Virus record (IMG/VR): IMGVR_UViG_3300017963_002402
Coordinates: 1 to 25,404 of that record
Origin: a virus
Lineage: Duplodnaviria; Caudoviricetes
Length of the DNA: 25,404 bases
Reading direction: 5' to 3' (one strand)
The translations under genes and the position numbers were made by a program. This document shows, piece after piece, positions 6,019 through 15,243 of the stretch (within the stretch, counting starts at the first letter, position 1; every line of letters begins with the position of its first letter). The notes beneath the pieces were generated by a model. The model searched no databases, was not told the origin of the DNA, and saw only the letters and a list, made by a program, of their open reading frames with translations.

Positions 6019-7590
6019 ATGGACATGGAGACGAAAGATACTACAGAAGGGCACGGGCAAACGTTTGGACGGCGTTTGTCCGTGCTCATTAGAGCCAGGG
6101 CTGGGATGCCCTGGATTGTGACACCAGAAGAGCACCGGGCGGAAGAACTGATGACTAAGGTGGCAGGTTGGAGTGCCTTGCCGTTTGCAGTATATGCATG
6201 GAGGGCGTCCACCGGGCTCTATACTATAGAGGACAAAACGAAAGTATTGGAAGGCACGCAGCCATTGCAGAATGCATTACGGTATATCGGGGACTCGACC
6301 GTCAGGGCAATCTATATAATGGAAGACGCGTCGGCGTGGCTTAAGGCTGACCCTGTAAGTCAGCGGATATTGAAAGACGAGATTGAAGCACAGTCCAGGC
6401 TACCAGAGGTCAATTATCGTGTAGTAGTTTTCTTGGATCAACAGACTGCACCGGATATTCCCGGTGTCGTGCCTTTGGAAATGCCCCTGCCTAATAGAAA
6501 AGAGTTGAATGGCGTTGTCGGCTCTGTGATAAACCAGGTGAACCGGCAAGCCAGCAACGGGGATTGCGTTAGGGTAAGGCAGGCTGAAAGGGAACAGATC
6601 GTTGACGCATTGACAGGCCTACAGATGGAACAGGCTTTAGTAGCGTGTAGTACAAGCCTGGCCGAATGCAAGCGATTAGATCCGGCAAGGCTTGTCCAGA
6701 CGAAAAAGCACTTGATTGGACAGGCCGGTGCAGTCCAGTGGATTGAACCTGACGAGCGCGGCCTTGATGGGATTGGCGGGCTGCGCAACCTGAAGGCGTG
6801 GCTTACCAAACGGAGGGCAGCGTTTACTAGGCAGGCGAGAGAGTGGGGTTTGCCTAGACCTAGGGCATTACTGGCAACAGGTGTGCCCGGGACCGGTAAG
6901 TCCCTGACTGCCAAGTGTATTGCAACGGCTTGGCAAATGCCGTTGCTAAGGTTTGATGTCGGGGCGGCGTTTGCCAAATGGGTTGGCGAAAGCGAGCGCG
7001 GTGTTAGGTCTGCCCTACAGACCGCAAGCGCAATAGCACCTTGTGTCCTATGGGTAGATGAAATCGAGAAAGCCTTTGCAGGTGCCTCGTCCGGTGAGTC
7101 GGATGCAGGCACGGCGGCAAGGGTCTTTGGGCAATTCCTAACGTGGCTTCAGGAGAACGAGGATCCGGTCTTTCTGATTGCAACCGCAAACGATGTTACA
7201 CTATTGCCGCCTGAGTTCTTGCGGGCTGGCAGGTTTGACGCTACCTTCTGGGCTGATGTGCCCAATGAAAGCGCCAGGTGTGAAATCAGTGCGGTTCTAG
7301 TCAACAAATACGAGGTCTGCAAAGGTATAGACCTGGACCGGTTTGCCGAGGCAGCAGACGGGTACACAGGTGCCGAAATGGAACAAGCCCTAATATCCGC
7401 CATGTATGCGGCGTTTGATGAAGGCGAGCAGGAGGTTTCTACTGACGAGGCTATCCGGGGCTTACGTGGTGTCAATAGAGTAATTGACGGTTGGGGGTCT
7501 AAACTGAAAGCACTGCGCGGTTGGGCACAAAAGGCGGCACTGCCGGCGGACATTGCGGAAGTCCAAGAACAAAGGCAAAGGAGGTTCTGA
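6019..7590 (+). CDS. Ycf46-like AAA+ ATPase
   Basis: 'IGGLRNLKAWL', Walker A GVPGTGKS, 'KWVGESE', Walker B LWVDEIEK, 'FLTWLQE', sensor ATAN, 'LPPEFLRAGRFD'; degenerate N-terminal AAA domain. Confidence 0.88.
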   Translation: MDMETKDTTEGHGQTFGRRLSVLIRARAGMPWIVTPEEHRAEELMTKVAGWSALPFAVYAWRASTGLYTIEDKTKVLEGTQPLQNALRYIGDSTVRAIYIMEDASAWLKADPVSQRILKDEIEAQSRLPEVNYRVVVFLDQQTAPDIPGVVPLEMPLPNRKELNGVVGSVINQVNRQASNGDCVRVRQAEREQIVDALTGLQMEQALVACSTSLAECKRLDPARLVQTKKHLIGQAGAVQWIEPDERGLDGIGGLRNLKAWLTKRRAAFTRQAREWGLPRPRALLATGVPGTGKSLTAKCIATAWQMPLLRFDVGAAFAKWVGESERGVRSALQTASAIAPCVLWVDEIEKAFAGASSGESDAGTAARVFGQFLTWLQENEDPVFLIATANDVTLLPPEFLRAGRFDATFWADVPNESARCEISAVLVNKYEVCKGIDLDRFAEAADGYTGAEMEQALISAMYAAFDEGEQEVSTDEAIRGLRGVNRVIDGWGSKLKALRGWAQKAALPADIAEVQEQRQRRF

Positions 7591-7790
7591 TGGACAACAT
7601 TGAAGTGGTATTGATATCAAAGGCCGGCGGCACTCTATGGGAGGTGTCACTTGAACGACAGGATACTAAAGAGCGGTGGTTTGTATGGATGGCACCAGAC
7701 CACGCAAGCGCTGCAAACTATGCCAATAATCTTGGGACGTTTTTGGGCGTACCCGTAAGCTGTACATATGATAAAGGACGGAAGACATGA
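7590..7790 (+). CDS. Small hypothetical protein (MDNIEVVLISK...)
   Basis: TGATG coupling to ATPase stop and ATGA coupling to next gene; GAGG RBS. Confidence 0.6.
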   Translation: MDNIEVVLISKAGGTLWEVSLERQDTKERWFVWMAPDHASAANYANNLGTFLGVPVSCTYDKGRKT

Positions 7791-8368
7791 GCCATGTGAC
7801 AACGATTGATTTGGTGATCAACGATCTTGATGCATTAGAACGCGCAGCTAAGGTGTGTGGCATGGAACTAAAGCGGGGGCAAACAACGTTCAGATGGTAT
7901 TACGGGAATGATCCCTGCAAGCATGCCATAGTGCTGCCGGGCAATACGGAGGCATACGAGATCGGAATCGTCCAGGAAGGTGCTACGTACAAACTGCTAT
8001 TTGATGATTATCGGGGGGGCCACGGATTGCTGACAGCCATTGGCGAGCGTGGCGAGACGTTGCTGCGTGCATACGCCATGGAACGGGTCAAATCGCTTGC
8101 ACAGCGCAACGGGATGATGCTAACTACCCTTAGCCCTACCATGGTTCGCCTGACGCCTGTGGGCGTCCCTGCGGGTATGGCCGGCGGGCCTTGCAGCGTG
8201 GACGTTAACCTTGACGATATCGAGCGCATTGAAGTCGAGGGACTGGGTTTTACCGGTGCAGCTTGTGACCAGGCTATGGGACCGGTTGAGCAGGCCCTCG
8301 GTATTCAGACCGGCCGAACCAACAAACCTGATTATGGCGTGGCTGATTTCTCGCAGTTAGGGAGATGA
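7787..8368 (+). CDS. DUF1257 (Ycf35-like) plus DUF2997-like fusion protein
   Basis: N-terminal 'MSHVTTIDLVINDLDALERA..YEIG..Y.LLFD' (DUF1257-like); C-terminal 'IEVEGLGFTGAACDQAMGPVEQALG..KPDY' (DUF2997-like); usual Ycf46 neighbours. Confidence 0.7.
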   Translation: MSHVTTIDLVINDLDALERAAKVCGMELKRGQTTFRWYYGNDPCKHAIVLPGNTEAYEIGIVQEGATYKLLFDDYRGGHGLLTAIGERGETLLRAYAMERVKSLAQRNGMMLTTLSPTMVRLTPVGVPAGMAGGPCSVDVNLDDIERIEVEGLGFTGAACDQAMGPVEQALGIQTGRTNKPDYGVADFSQLGR

Positions 8369-8508
8369 TGATGCATCGTCCTGATTATCATGTCACACCG
8401 GACAAAGAGGGGTCTGGTATGATTGCGGGGTGTTGTTTTGCGCTGTTTATAATGATATACATAGGCGTGGTAACCTGGGATGTTATTAGTCGCCTATTGT
8501 CTAAGTAA
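8365..8508 (+). CDS. Small single-pass membrane protein, ~47 aa, not in ORF track
   Basis: ATGA overlap; MMMHRPDYHVTPDKEGSGMIAGCCFALFIMIYIGVVTWDVISRLLSK with one hydrophobic stretch. Confidence 0.55.
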   Translation: MMMHRPDYHVTPDKEGSGMIAGCCFALFIMIYIGVVTWDVISRLLSK

Positions 8509-8524
8509 GTACTGAAACCGTCCA

Positions 8525-8568
8525 GGGCGGCGGGGTTCTCTATTCGTCTCCGCCCCGTCGCCCGCTTT
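8525..8568 (+). terminator. GC-rich hairpin with short U-tract directly before tRNA-Asp
   Basis: GGGCGGCGGGG (8525-8535) / CCCCGTCGCCC (8553-8563), then GCTTT. Confidence 0.5.
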
Positions 8569-8642
8569 GGGGTAGTGGTCTAGTTTGGGAAGACGTCGGC
8601 TTGTCAAGCCGGAGAACGCGGGTTCAAGTCCCGTCTACCCCG
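8569..8642 (+). tRNA. tRNA-Asp(GTC)
   Basis: GGGGTAG/CTACCCC acceptor, GTCT/AGAC D stem, TCGGC-TTGTCAA-GCCGG anticodon arm, GCGGG-TTCAAGT-CCCGT T arm, G73; CCA not encoded. Confidence 0.93.
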
Positions 8643-8688
8643 TTTCAACGTGTTGATAGTGTTGTCTTTAATCAAAGGGAGTTGAGTC

Positions 8689-9450
8689 ATGCGACTTAGT
8701 AATTGTACAATCCTGATCGTTAAGGCGGGTATCAGGGGCGGGGTTGAATACACCAGGGTGGAGCCTAGGGTTGAAGTCCAGGGGGTGCTTGAAAAATCAG
8801 AATGGGAAGTCAAGAAAACCGTGTTTGATGTTGATGAACGCAAACAGGCTATTAACCTAGTGGAGCGCTTGAAGCGTTCAATGCGCAACCTAGGTCTTGT
8901 GACCGATTTGGGCATTGTAATGCCGTTTGCCAAGATGCCAGAATGGCAAGCGTTGCACAAGGCCAACCGTGCGCTTGCAACAGAATGGAACAGCGCTGCA
9001 CGGTATACAACCGTGCAATACTATTGCATTGCGCACGTCATTGCCTCTGATGCGGAAGCCGGTAGATATGTGCGGGATGTTGTGAAGCAAAGCCTTGCAG
9101 CTATTAGGGAGGCAATCGTGGCGGGGGATGTAGAACGTACTAAAATGGCTTTTAAAGAGTTGCGCGGTCTAGACCTGGTGGTTAGGGAGGAGAATCGAGA
9201 GCAGGTCCAGCAGAGCTTGGAATTGGCCAGAAAGTGTGTTCGTGATATGCGCAAGGCACTTAAGAAATTGAAGGAGAGTGACCCCGATGCTACATTGGGG
9301 GAAGACGAAACACGGGGTGGTATTGTGGCCCGTATTGAAGGGGCGTTGTTTGGTGAGACCAAATCTGGCGAAAACGAACAGCCGGACCAGGACGTTGACC
9401 TGACCAGGTTTGACACCGCATTGTATGCCGAGGAGTCTAGCAATGTCTAA
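8689..9450 (+). CDS. Helical hypothetical protein, possibly DUF3150-like
   Basis: 253-aa ORF with GGGAG RBS; mixed N-terminus then long helices; family guess rests mainly on Ycf46-module context. Confidence 0.6.
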   Translation: MRLSNCTILIVKAGIRGGVEYTRVEPRVEVQGVLEKSEWEVKKTVFDVDERKQAINLVERLKRSMRNLGLVTDLGIVMPFAKMPEWQALHKANRALATEWNSAARYTTVQYYCIAHVIASDAEAGRYVRDVVKQSLAAIREAIVAGDVERTKMAFKELRGLDLVVREENREQVQQSLELARKCVRDMRKALKKLKESDPDATLGEDETRGGIVARIEGALFGETKSGENEQPDQDVDLTRFDTALYAEESSNV

Positions 9451-9640
9451 TGACGAAATGCGGATCAGCCGCATGTTGCGAGAGGAGCGGGATATCGTGC
9501 GATCGCAAATCAGAGACGATTTGATATCGTGGCTTAGGGAACGGCATTATCCTAGGCATATGGTAAATTCCGTTATGGCGAAAGTCCGAAGTGTTACTAA
9601 TCCAGAGTCGCCTATAATCGAGGAGACGGAGAATGTCTGA
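9443..9640 (+). CDS. Hypothetical protein (MSNDEMRIS...)
   Basis: AGGAG RBS; 8-nt overlaps at both ends. Confidence 0.65.
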   Translation: MSNDEMRISRMLREERDIVRSQIRDDLISWLRERHYPRHMVNSVMAKVRSVTNPESPIIEETENV

Positions 9641-10664
9641 AGGTAAGAAAGCAGAAATCACTAAGGTAGAAGTTGCCCCTGTTGTCCAGGCGCAGCCCTT
9701 TGATGTTGGCCAGGAGTTGGCCCGGGTGGATGAACGGTTGACTTACCTAGACAAGGTGGCCGATAAGGCCCTAGCCCGAACAACCGCCAAAGACTGGCAA
9801 GACTTTGGGGGGAATGCGTGGCTTCAGTATTCAGGCGGCTCGAAGCTAACGGCGTTGTTTGCCGTAGAGTTTCGGGATATCGTGGTTAGTTTGGTCCTGA
9901 GAGGTGGCGTCCCCTTGGAGGCACCGAAAGGGAACGATTGGAAATCCCTAAGCGAGTTTGTCAGGTTCGCCCAACAGCATGAGAAAGAGATTGTGGGCTT
10001 TGAAGTCATGGGGCTTGTCCGGTCCTGCAACGTGTTTAGGGTGATCAACGGTAGAGACCCAGAGCTTGACGAGGGGTGGACCCAAGTCATTGGCGGGCGG
10101 TCTGCTCTTGATGAATGGTTCACGAAGCAACAGCAGACGGACGTGCTTGATATCCGCAAGGCAGCCGTTACGAACTGGAAAGGTAGGGCCGTACAGGAGA
10201 TCCTAGGCCTGGCCGGCTATAGTATGGCAGACCTTAGGTCCAGGGGTTTGGGTAAGCAGGCTGAAGGTGCAGGCAAGGTTGCATTTAGGAACGGCGCACA
10301 AGGTGGTCGGGCTGCCAGGCCAGAAGGGCCTAAAGACGAGGCACACCGGAAGGAGATTAGGGAACTGTTGTATGGCATCTATCCTGGCCCTGAAGAGTGC
10401 CAGGACAAGTTAGAAGAATTGACAGCCTTTACCGGTAAAGATGGGACGGAAGTCCCTGGTGTCAGGGAAACCACTAGGTTGTCAGGGAAGCGACTTGATG
10501 TAACGCTATCAAAGGTACGTGCCTGGCATAAGGCCCAGACCGCCCAGATGGCAAACGGAACGGAACCGCAAACCGAAGATCCGGGAGACGATTCGGAACG
10601 TGTACAGGCAGAGCGTGAGGCCGCGGCCGATGTTGCCAATGTCAATAGTACGGAGGGATTCTAA
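9633..10664 (+). CDS. Putative single-strand annealing/recombination protein
   Basis: 'DIRKAAVTNWKGRAVQEILGL' helix motif resembles phage annealing proteins; acidic C-tail ending in F; near exonuclease gene. Confidence 0.5.
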   Translation: MSEGKKAEITKVEVAPVVQAQPFDVGQELARVDERLTYLDKVADKALARTTAKDWQDFGGNAWLQYSGGSKLTALFAVEFRDIVVSLVLRGGVPLEAPKGNDWKSLSEFVRFAQQHEKEIVGFEVMGLVRSCNVFRVINGRDPELDEGWTQVIGGRSALDEWFTKQQQTDVLDIRKAAVTNWKGRAVQEILGLAGYSMADLRSRGLGKQAEGAGKVAFRNGAQGGRAARPEGPKDEAHRKEIRELLYGIYPGPEECQDKLEELTAFTGKDGTEVPGVRETTRLSGKRLDVTLSKVRAWHKAQTAQMANGTEPQTEDPGDDSERVQAEREAAADVANVNSTEGF

Positions 10665-10725
10665 TGTGTACGGTTGTCATCGATGACTAGGTTAACTGTA
10701 TTAGAAACAACATAGGAGCTGGACG

Positions 10726-11037
10726 ATGGGCACTCCGCTTAAAAACGATGATAGGTTTGAGTGGTTAAAGGGGTTGACGAAAGCTCAGCTGCAAGACCGG
10801 GTTATAATACTGGACAATAACCTTGCGGATATAACAACCAAACTATCCCGAAAGCGGGAGGGATATGAACCACATATTGTCAATTATGATGAACGGATGC
10901 GCTACATCAACACCCGCATTGAGGTCTTACATAGGGAGGTTGAACGATTGCGGATGGGCTGTACCTGGTACCGAAAGGCTTTGAGCTCTGTTATGTTGGC
11001 AACAGATGATCTGCCCATGGCAGCATGCCCCGATTGA
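10726..11037 (+). CDS. Coiled-coil hypothetical protein
   Basis: AGGAG RBS; heptad pattern. Confidence 0.6.
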   Translation: MGTPLKNDDRFEWLKGLTKAQLQDRVIILDNNLADITTKLSRKREGYEPHIVNYDERMRYINTRIEVLHREVERLRMGCTWYRKALSSVMLATDDLPMAACPD

Positions 11038-11101
11038 AATTCAGGGGTGACGGGAGTTGATTATTGCTGCAGAAATGGACCAATAGAGCAGGAGCGCTAG
11101 T

Positions 11102-12181
11102 ATGAACAGAATCATTGCGGCTGTTAGGGATTCTTGGGATGCGGATATCCCGGAAGAGGCTGCCACTGGGCAGGTGGTATTGCCGAGTGGCGAAAGCCCT
11201 GCAAAGAAGGTGTCGTCTAGGTTAGATAGGTTCTTTCAGGACAAGGCACTTGCCACCGGTGGCAGTTACTCTAGTGATTGGAATAGGGCAAGTCAGATGG
11301 GGGATGCTTGCGACAGGCGGCTTGTCTATATGCGGACCTGTAATGAGGCCCAGGAGGCCTTTGCCCCTTGGGTAATGCAAATCCTAGAAGACGGTTCGGC
11401 ACAAGAACGGCTCTGGAAAGGCCGTTTGATGGAAGCAGGGTTTGACATTGAGCACGCACAACAAAAGTTAGTATGGCCTGAATACAAGATTCGGGGTCAT
11501 ATTGATGGAGTCCTAGTTCACCCCGACGGCGACCGGGTTTGTTTTGAATTGAAACGGCTTAACGCTAACGCGGCGTCCCGTATCCGGCGATGGCAGGACT
11601 TTGTCAGTACAAGTTTCTATAGGCATTATCCGGCGCAGCTTGCCTTGTATCTATTGATGCGTGGGGAGACAGACGGAGTTTTCATTATCACGTATGAAGG
11701 CCATTTCAAGGTACTGGATTTCAGTCTGGATGACCCCGAATGTTTGGACTATGCCGAGAAGGCGTTACAGCAGGCGGAGCGGGTCAATGCGCACGTTGAA
11801 GCCGGCACCATGCCTGAGAGAATTGCGGATCTTGGGGTTTGCGCAACGTGCCGATATTCCGCAACGTGTTTGCCTGATTTGCCGGCTGCCGTAGAGACCG
11901 AATGCCAGGAGATTGATGACCCTACAATCAAGGGCATTCTGGACAGGCGTGGGGACCTCGAGCCCGACGCTAAGGAGTTTGGCAAGCTTGACAAGCAAGT
12001 CAAAGCCCTTATGCGTGGGAGGCCACATGTCAGGTGTGGTGATTGGGAAATCAAAGGTAAGACCATTACAACTCGGCGATTAGATACCAAGGCACTGCCT
12101 GAAGCTATCAAAGCCCAGTTTCTAATGGAAAGTGAGTACTGGCGTTGTCAGATTAGAAGGAGCGATACCGATGTCACTTGA
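11102..12181 (+). CDS. Cas4/AddB-like PD-(D/E)XK exonuclease with Fe-S cysteines
   Basis: 'ASQMGDACDRR', 'GHIDG', 'ELK', 'YPAQLALY', C-terminal 'CATCRYSATC'. Confidence 0.8.
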   Translation: MNRIIAAVRDSWDADIPEEAATGQVVLPSGESPAKKVSSRLDRFFQDKALATGGSYSSDWNRASQMGDACDRRLVYMRTCNEAQEAFAPWVMQILEDGSAQERLWKGRLMEAGFDIEHAQQKLVWPEYKIRGHIDGVLVHPDGDRVCFELKRLNANAASRIRRWQDFVSTSFYRHYPAQLALYLLMRGETDGVFIITYEGHFKVLDFSLDDPECLDYAEKALQQAERVNAHVEAGTMPERIADLGVCATCRYSATCLPDLPAAVETECQEIDDPTIKGILDRRGDLEPDAKEFGKLDKQVKALMRGRPHVRCGDWEIKGKTITTRRLDTKALPEAIKAQFLMESEYWRCQIRRSDTDVT

Positions 12182-12413
12182 CAACAGGGCCGCGTTGTGT
12201 GAAAGTCAGGCAGCTTTGAGAGACCTTAAGGTTGCGGCAACGAGGCTTTATAATAGTTTTGATGCATTGCTGGATGAACCGTTGCGCATGTCAAGGGAGG
12301 ATATCGCCTGCATCGTGCGCGGCATTGTACAGAATTACATCAACGCAGGACTTTTTCCGCCTGCCTATAGGACAAAGATTGCCGCAGAAATATCTAAGGC
12401 CTTAACATCATAA
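12171..12413 (+). CDS. Hypothetical protein (MSLDNRAAL...)
   Basis: AAGGAG RBS; overlaps exonuclease stop. Confidence 0.6.
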   Translation: MSLDNRAALCESQAALRDLKVAATRLYNSFDALLDEPLRMSREDIACIVRGIVQNYINAGLFPPAYRTKIAAEISKALTS

Positions 12414-12430
12414 GGCACAAGGAGCGCGTC

Positions 12431-12883
12431 GTGAGTAGGAAATCAAGACGGCGGCCGTTTGTTGTTACGAGACCAAACCCTAAGGAAAGCGGGGTTTGTA
12501 CCTGGTGTGGTGAAGCCATGGAACCTAGGCGGGGGACACAGGATGGTAGGTCTTATGATAGGCATGTTTGCCCAATGTGTGAAAGGTTACGCAGGGGTTG
12601 GTTAAGCAAGTGTATTGCACACGGACCGCAGTTAGCACTCCATGTAATGCGGAAAGAGGCCAAAGCCACGGCTGATATTAAGCCAAAGGTCAAGGCAGAA
12701 CCTAAGCCTAAGGTTGATTTGGCAACTCATGTCAACGTCAACGGGGTTCTTGAGTTGCCGTTTAGTACGGTGCCGGAGTCTAACGGAAACCGGAGCGAAC
12801 TGGACGAGATAGAGTCTGTACGGCAAAAGGTTAGAGAGTTAGCCTATGGCGTGGCTATGGTCATGGACATGCTTGACATGTAA
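12431..12883 (+). CDS. Zinc-finger hypothetical protein
   Basis: AAGGAG RBS, GTG start; CTWC...CPMC. Confidence 0.6.
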   Translation: MSRKSRRRPFVVTRPNPKESGVCTWCGEAMEPRRGTQDGRSYDRHVCPMCERLRRGWLSKCIAHGPQLALHVMRKEAKATADIKPKVKAEPKPKVDLATHVNVNGVLELPFSTVPESNGNRSELDEIESVRQKVRELAYGVAMVMDMLDM

Positions 12884-12906
12884 TATGATGTATAAAGGAG
12901 CCTATT

Positions 12907-13128
12907 ATGCCACATGACAAACCACATCAAATCTTTTGCCTTATGGAATTAGAGGATGTTGCAAAGGCCAAGGGTGCCGTATATGCGCCTGATAGCCGGG
13001 CTTGGCGGAAACCCAAACCGGCAGCCGTTGTATTGAGGCTTCAGGGCGACATCATCTTGGGCCTGTTACGGAAAGGCCTGTTTGTATATAACAAGGACTC
13101 TGGCCAAGATGCCCAACAGAAAAGATAG
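12907..13128 (+). CDS. Hypothetical protein
   Basis: AAAGGAG RBS; 73 aa. Confidence 0.6.
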   Translation: MPHDKPHQIFCLMELEDVAKAKGAVYAPDSRAWRKPKPAAVVLRLQGDIILGLLRKGLFVYNKDSGQDAQQKR

Positions 13129-13516
13129 ATGTGTTAGGGCGTGGCTAATATCAGGTGCCGGCAAGGGGCCTCGAGAGAGGACGCTTGAAGCTAGACGGAT
13201 GTTGGAACATGCTGGGGTTACGCATGACAATTGGCCACGTAATCCGTTTGGTACGCAGTACGTAGCAGACCTGATTTCGGCTGTTGACAGGGGCGAGTTC
13301 GAGGAGGAACGCACACGTGCATATACTAAGCCGAAACAAACCTTTTGGGTACAGATAGAGATTACAGTAACGTGTGAAAGCTGCCACGGCGACATTACGT
13401 ACTGGCATAGTAGCAAGTACAAAAAACCGCGGAAGCGTATTTGTAGGGAATGTCGGTTGAGGCGTGATAGGGAATGGCAGAAGGAATACCAGAAGAAACG
13501 TCAGGAGCAACGTTAA
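13109..13516 (+). CDS. Zinc-finger basic protein
   Basis: CESC...CREC followed by R/K-rich tail; AAGGA RBS before ATG 13109. Confidence 0.6.
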   Translation: MPNRKDRCVRAWLISGAGKGPRERTLEARRMLEHAGVTHDNWPRNPFGTQYVADLISAVDRGEFEEERTRAYTKPKQTFWVQIEITVTCESCHGDITYWHSSKYKKPRKRICRECRLRRDREWQKEYQKKRQEQR

Positions 13517-13725
13517 TGTTTGTGATTATCAGGAAGGACGAGACGCCTGTATTGAAGGACATACTTGATAGGGAGGACTTGCTGGATGCCGCTAAAGGGA
13601 CGGTTATTCTCATGTGCGAGTCGCCTGTATTCAGACTCCGGGATGACGGTGATTGGATCCCATTAGAAGAAAGGCCATACAATGGAAATGACGGCGTCCG
13701 AATACAAGAGCCTGGGAAAGCGTAA
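13516..13725 (+). CDS. Hypothetical protein (MFVIIRK...)
   Basis: AGGAG RBS, TAATG coupling. Confidence 0.6.
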   Translation: MFVIIRKDETPVLKDILDREDLLDAAKGTVILMCESPVFRLRDDGDWIPLEERPYNGNDGVRIQEPGKA

Positions 13726-14164
13726 ACGTCCGAATAAGTACGGGGCAAGGAAAACACAAGTAGGGGGGTTTACGTTTGATAGCAAGTTAGAGTCCGAGTT
13801 CTACCTGCAACTCATGCTGTGGCAACAGACAGAGCCCAAATGTATACAATGGGTAGACGTGCATCCGTTTGTTTGTATAGGGCAGGGCAAGGCCCAGAGA
13901 ATATGTTTAGACTTTTGTATTTGGGGGCCGCCGTGGGTTGACTTCGATCTGCCGGAGGTTAGGTGTGTCTTTATAGATGTCAAATCAGAAGTCACAAGGC
14001 GGAAAACGGATTTTAAACGGGTCGAGGCCGCCTTTAACGAAAGGCATCCAGCAAGGCCGTTATGGGTAGTGACTAAGTCTAACGGTATCTGGTACTATAA
14101 TGATGTCGTGCTGCATCTTGGCAGTATTCTAACTAGGTTGTGTCCCGTAACGAAGAAGGGGTAA
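13682..14164 (+). CDS. DUF1064-like PD-(D/E)XK endonuclease
   Basis: 'NKYGARKTQVGGFTFDSKLESEFY', 'LDF', 'IDVK'. Confidence 0.75.
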   Translation: MEMTASEYKSLGKRKRPNKYGARKTQVGGFTFDSKLESEFYLQLMLWQQTEPKCIQWVDVHPFVCIGQGKAQRICLDFCIWGPPWVDFDLPEVRCVFIDVKSEVTRRKTDFKRVEAAFNERHPARPLWVVTKSNGIWYYNDVVLHLGSILTRLCPVTKKG

Positions 14165-14183
14165 ACATTGAAGGATATGAACA

Positions 14184-14984
14184 ATGAGCAAACGACACCC
14201 AATTAGCTGGGTCAACGTGCCGGGATATACAGGTGAAACATGGAACCCTATTGTGGGTTGTTCGCCCTTGTCAAAAGGTTGTGAGCATTGTTACGCAGCG
14301 CGGTTGGCTTCAACTAGGCTTAAGCATGTTTCCAAATATAGAGACCTTGCTAAGGAGGGCAAATGGACAGGGGAGGTCAGATTGTGGCCTAACGCAATTA
14401 CGGAACCATTACATTGGCAAAAGCCTAGGGCGATCTTTGTATGCGACATGGGGGATTTGTTTCACCCTAATGTTCGGATTCAAGATATTGAGTGTGTATA
14501 TAGTGTTATGAGGCGTTGTCCGCAACACCTCTTTATGGTGTTGACAAAACGACCTGATCGTATGTATGTCTGGAGTGAAACTCCAGTATTGCCAAATGTC
14601 TGGATTGGCACTACTGTTGAATCTCAGGAGTATGTTGACCGCATTGCCACGTTGCTTAGAATTCCGGCAGCTAAACATTTCGTAAGCGTAGAACCGATGC
14701 TGGGGGAAATAGACCTTGATGATTACTTGGCCGGGTATGGTTCTGGTGATCATCTTGATTGGGTGATATGCGGTGGTGAATCAGGCCCTAAAGCGCGGCC
14801 AATAGATCCTGATTGGGTTAGGTCTCTAAGGGATCAATGTATTGAGGCCAAAGTGCCTTTCCACTTCAAGCAATGGGGTTCGTTTGGCAATGGCCCTACA
14901 ATGGTAACATGGATCAACAATGAAACCTGGTATGAGTTCCCATGCATAGACGATGAAGTCTGGCACGAGTTTCCTAAGGAGTGA
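14184..14984 (+). CDS. Phage Gp37/Gp68 family (DUF5131), radical-SAM-like
   Basis: 'TWNPIVGCSPLSKGCEHCYA', 'FVCDMGDLFH', 'LTKRP', 'NVWIGTTVE', 'SVEPML', 'WVICGGESG', 'FKQWG'. Confidence 0.9.
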   Translation: MSKRHPISWVNVPGYTGETWNPIVGCSPLSKGCEHCYAARLASTRLKHVSKYRDLAKEGKWTGEVRLWPNAITEPLHWQKPRAIFVCDMGDLFHPNVRIQDIECVYSVMRRCPQHLFMVLTKRPDRMYVWSETPVLPNVWIGTTVESQEYVDRIATLLRIPAAKHFVSVEPMLGEIDLDDYLAGYGSGDHLDWVICGGESGPKARPIDPDWVRSLRDQCIEAKVPFHFKQWGSFGNGPTMVTWINNETWYEFPCIDDEVWHEFPKE

Positions 14985-14988
14985 CGTT

Positions 14989-15243
14989 ATGCTAACACGG
15001 ATTGTTGTCAATATTAGAGGTGCAGTATTTGAATCAACGAAGCAGCCAAGACCTGTAGTAGAATGGAGCAAAGAACTCCAGGACGCATTGTATAAGGCCG
15101 AACCGTATAGCGTTTTGAAGATAGCACTAGACAGACCGTGCGAGACCGTTCTATTGCTTCCCGCTGCAATGCTCAAAGAGGCGTTTTTCATTGTTGAAGA
15201 ATGTCCTAACATGCCTGATAACAGTATGGAGGACGAAACATGA
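14989..15243 (+). CDS. Hypothetical protein (MLTRIVV...)
   Basis: AAGGAG RBS; ATGA coupling to next gene. Confidence 0.55.
   Translation: MLTRIVVNIRGAVFESTKQPRPVVEWSKELQDALYKAEPYSVLKIALDRPCETVLLLPAAMLKEAFFIVEECPNMPDNSMEDET

Noticed and set aside
6019-7590. AAA+ ATPase as the sigma54 activator
   Set aside because: Lacks the GAFTGA loop and HTH; motifs are of the Ycf46/classical AAA clade.
11102-12181. CRISPR-Cas locus based on Cas4-like motifs
   Set aside because: No cas1/cas2 or array; context is phage recombination.
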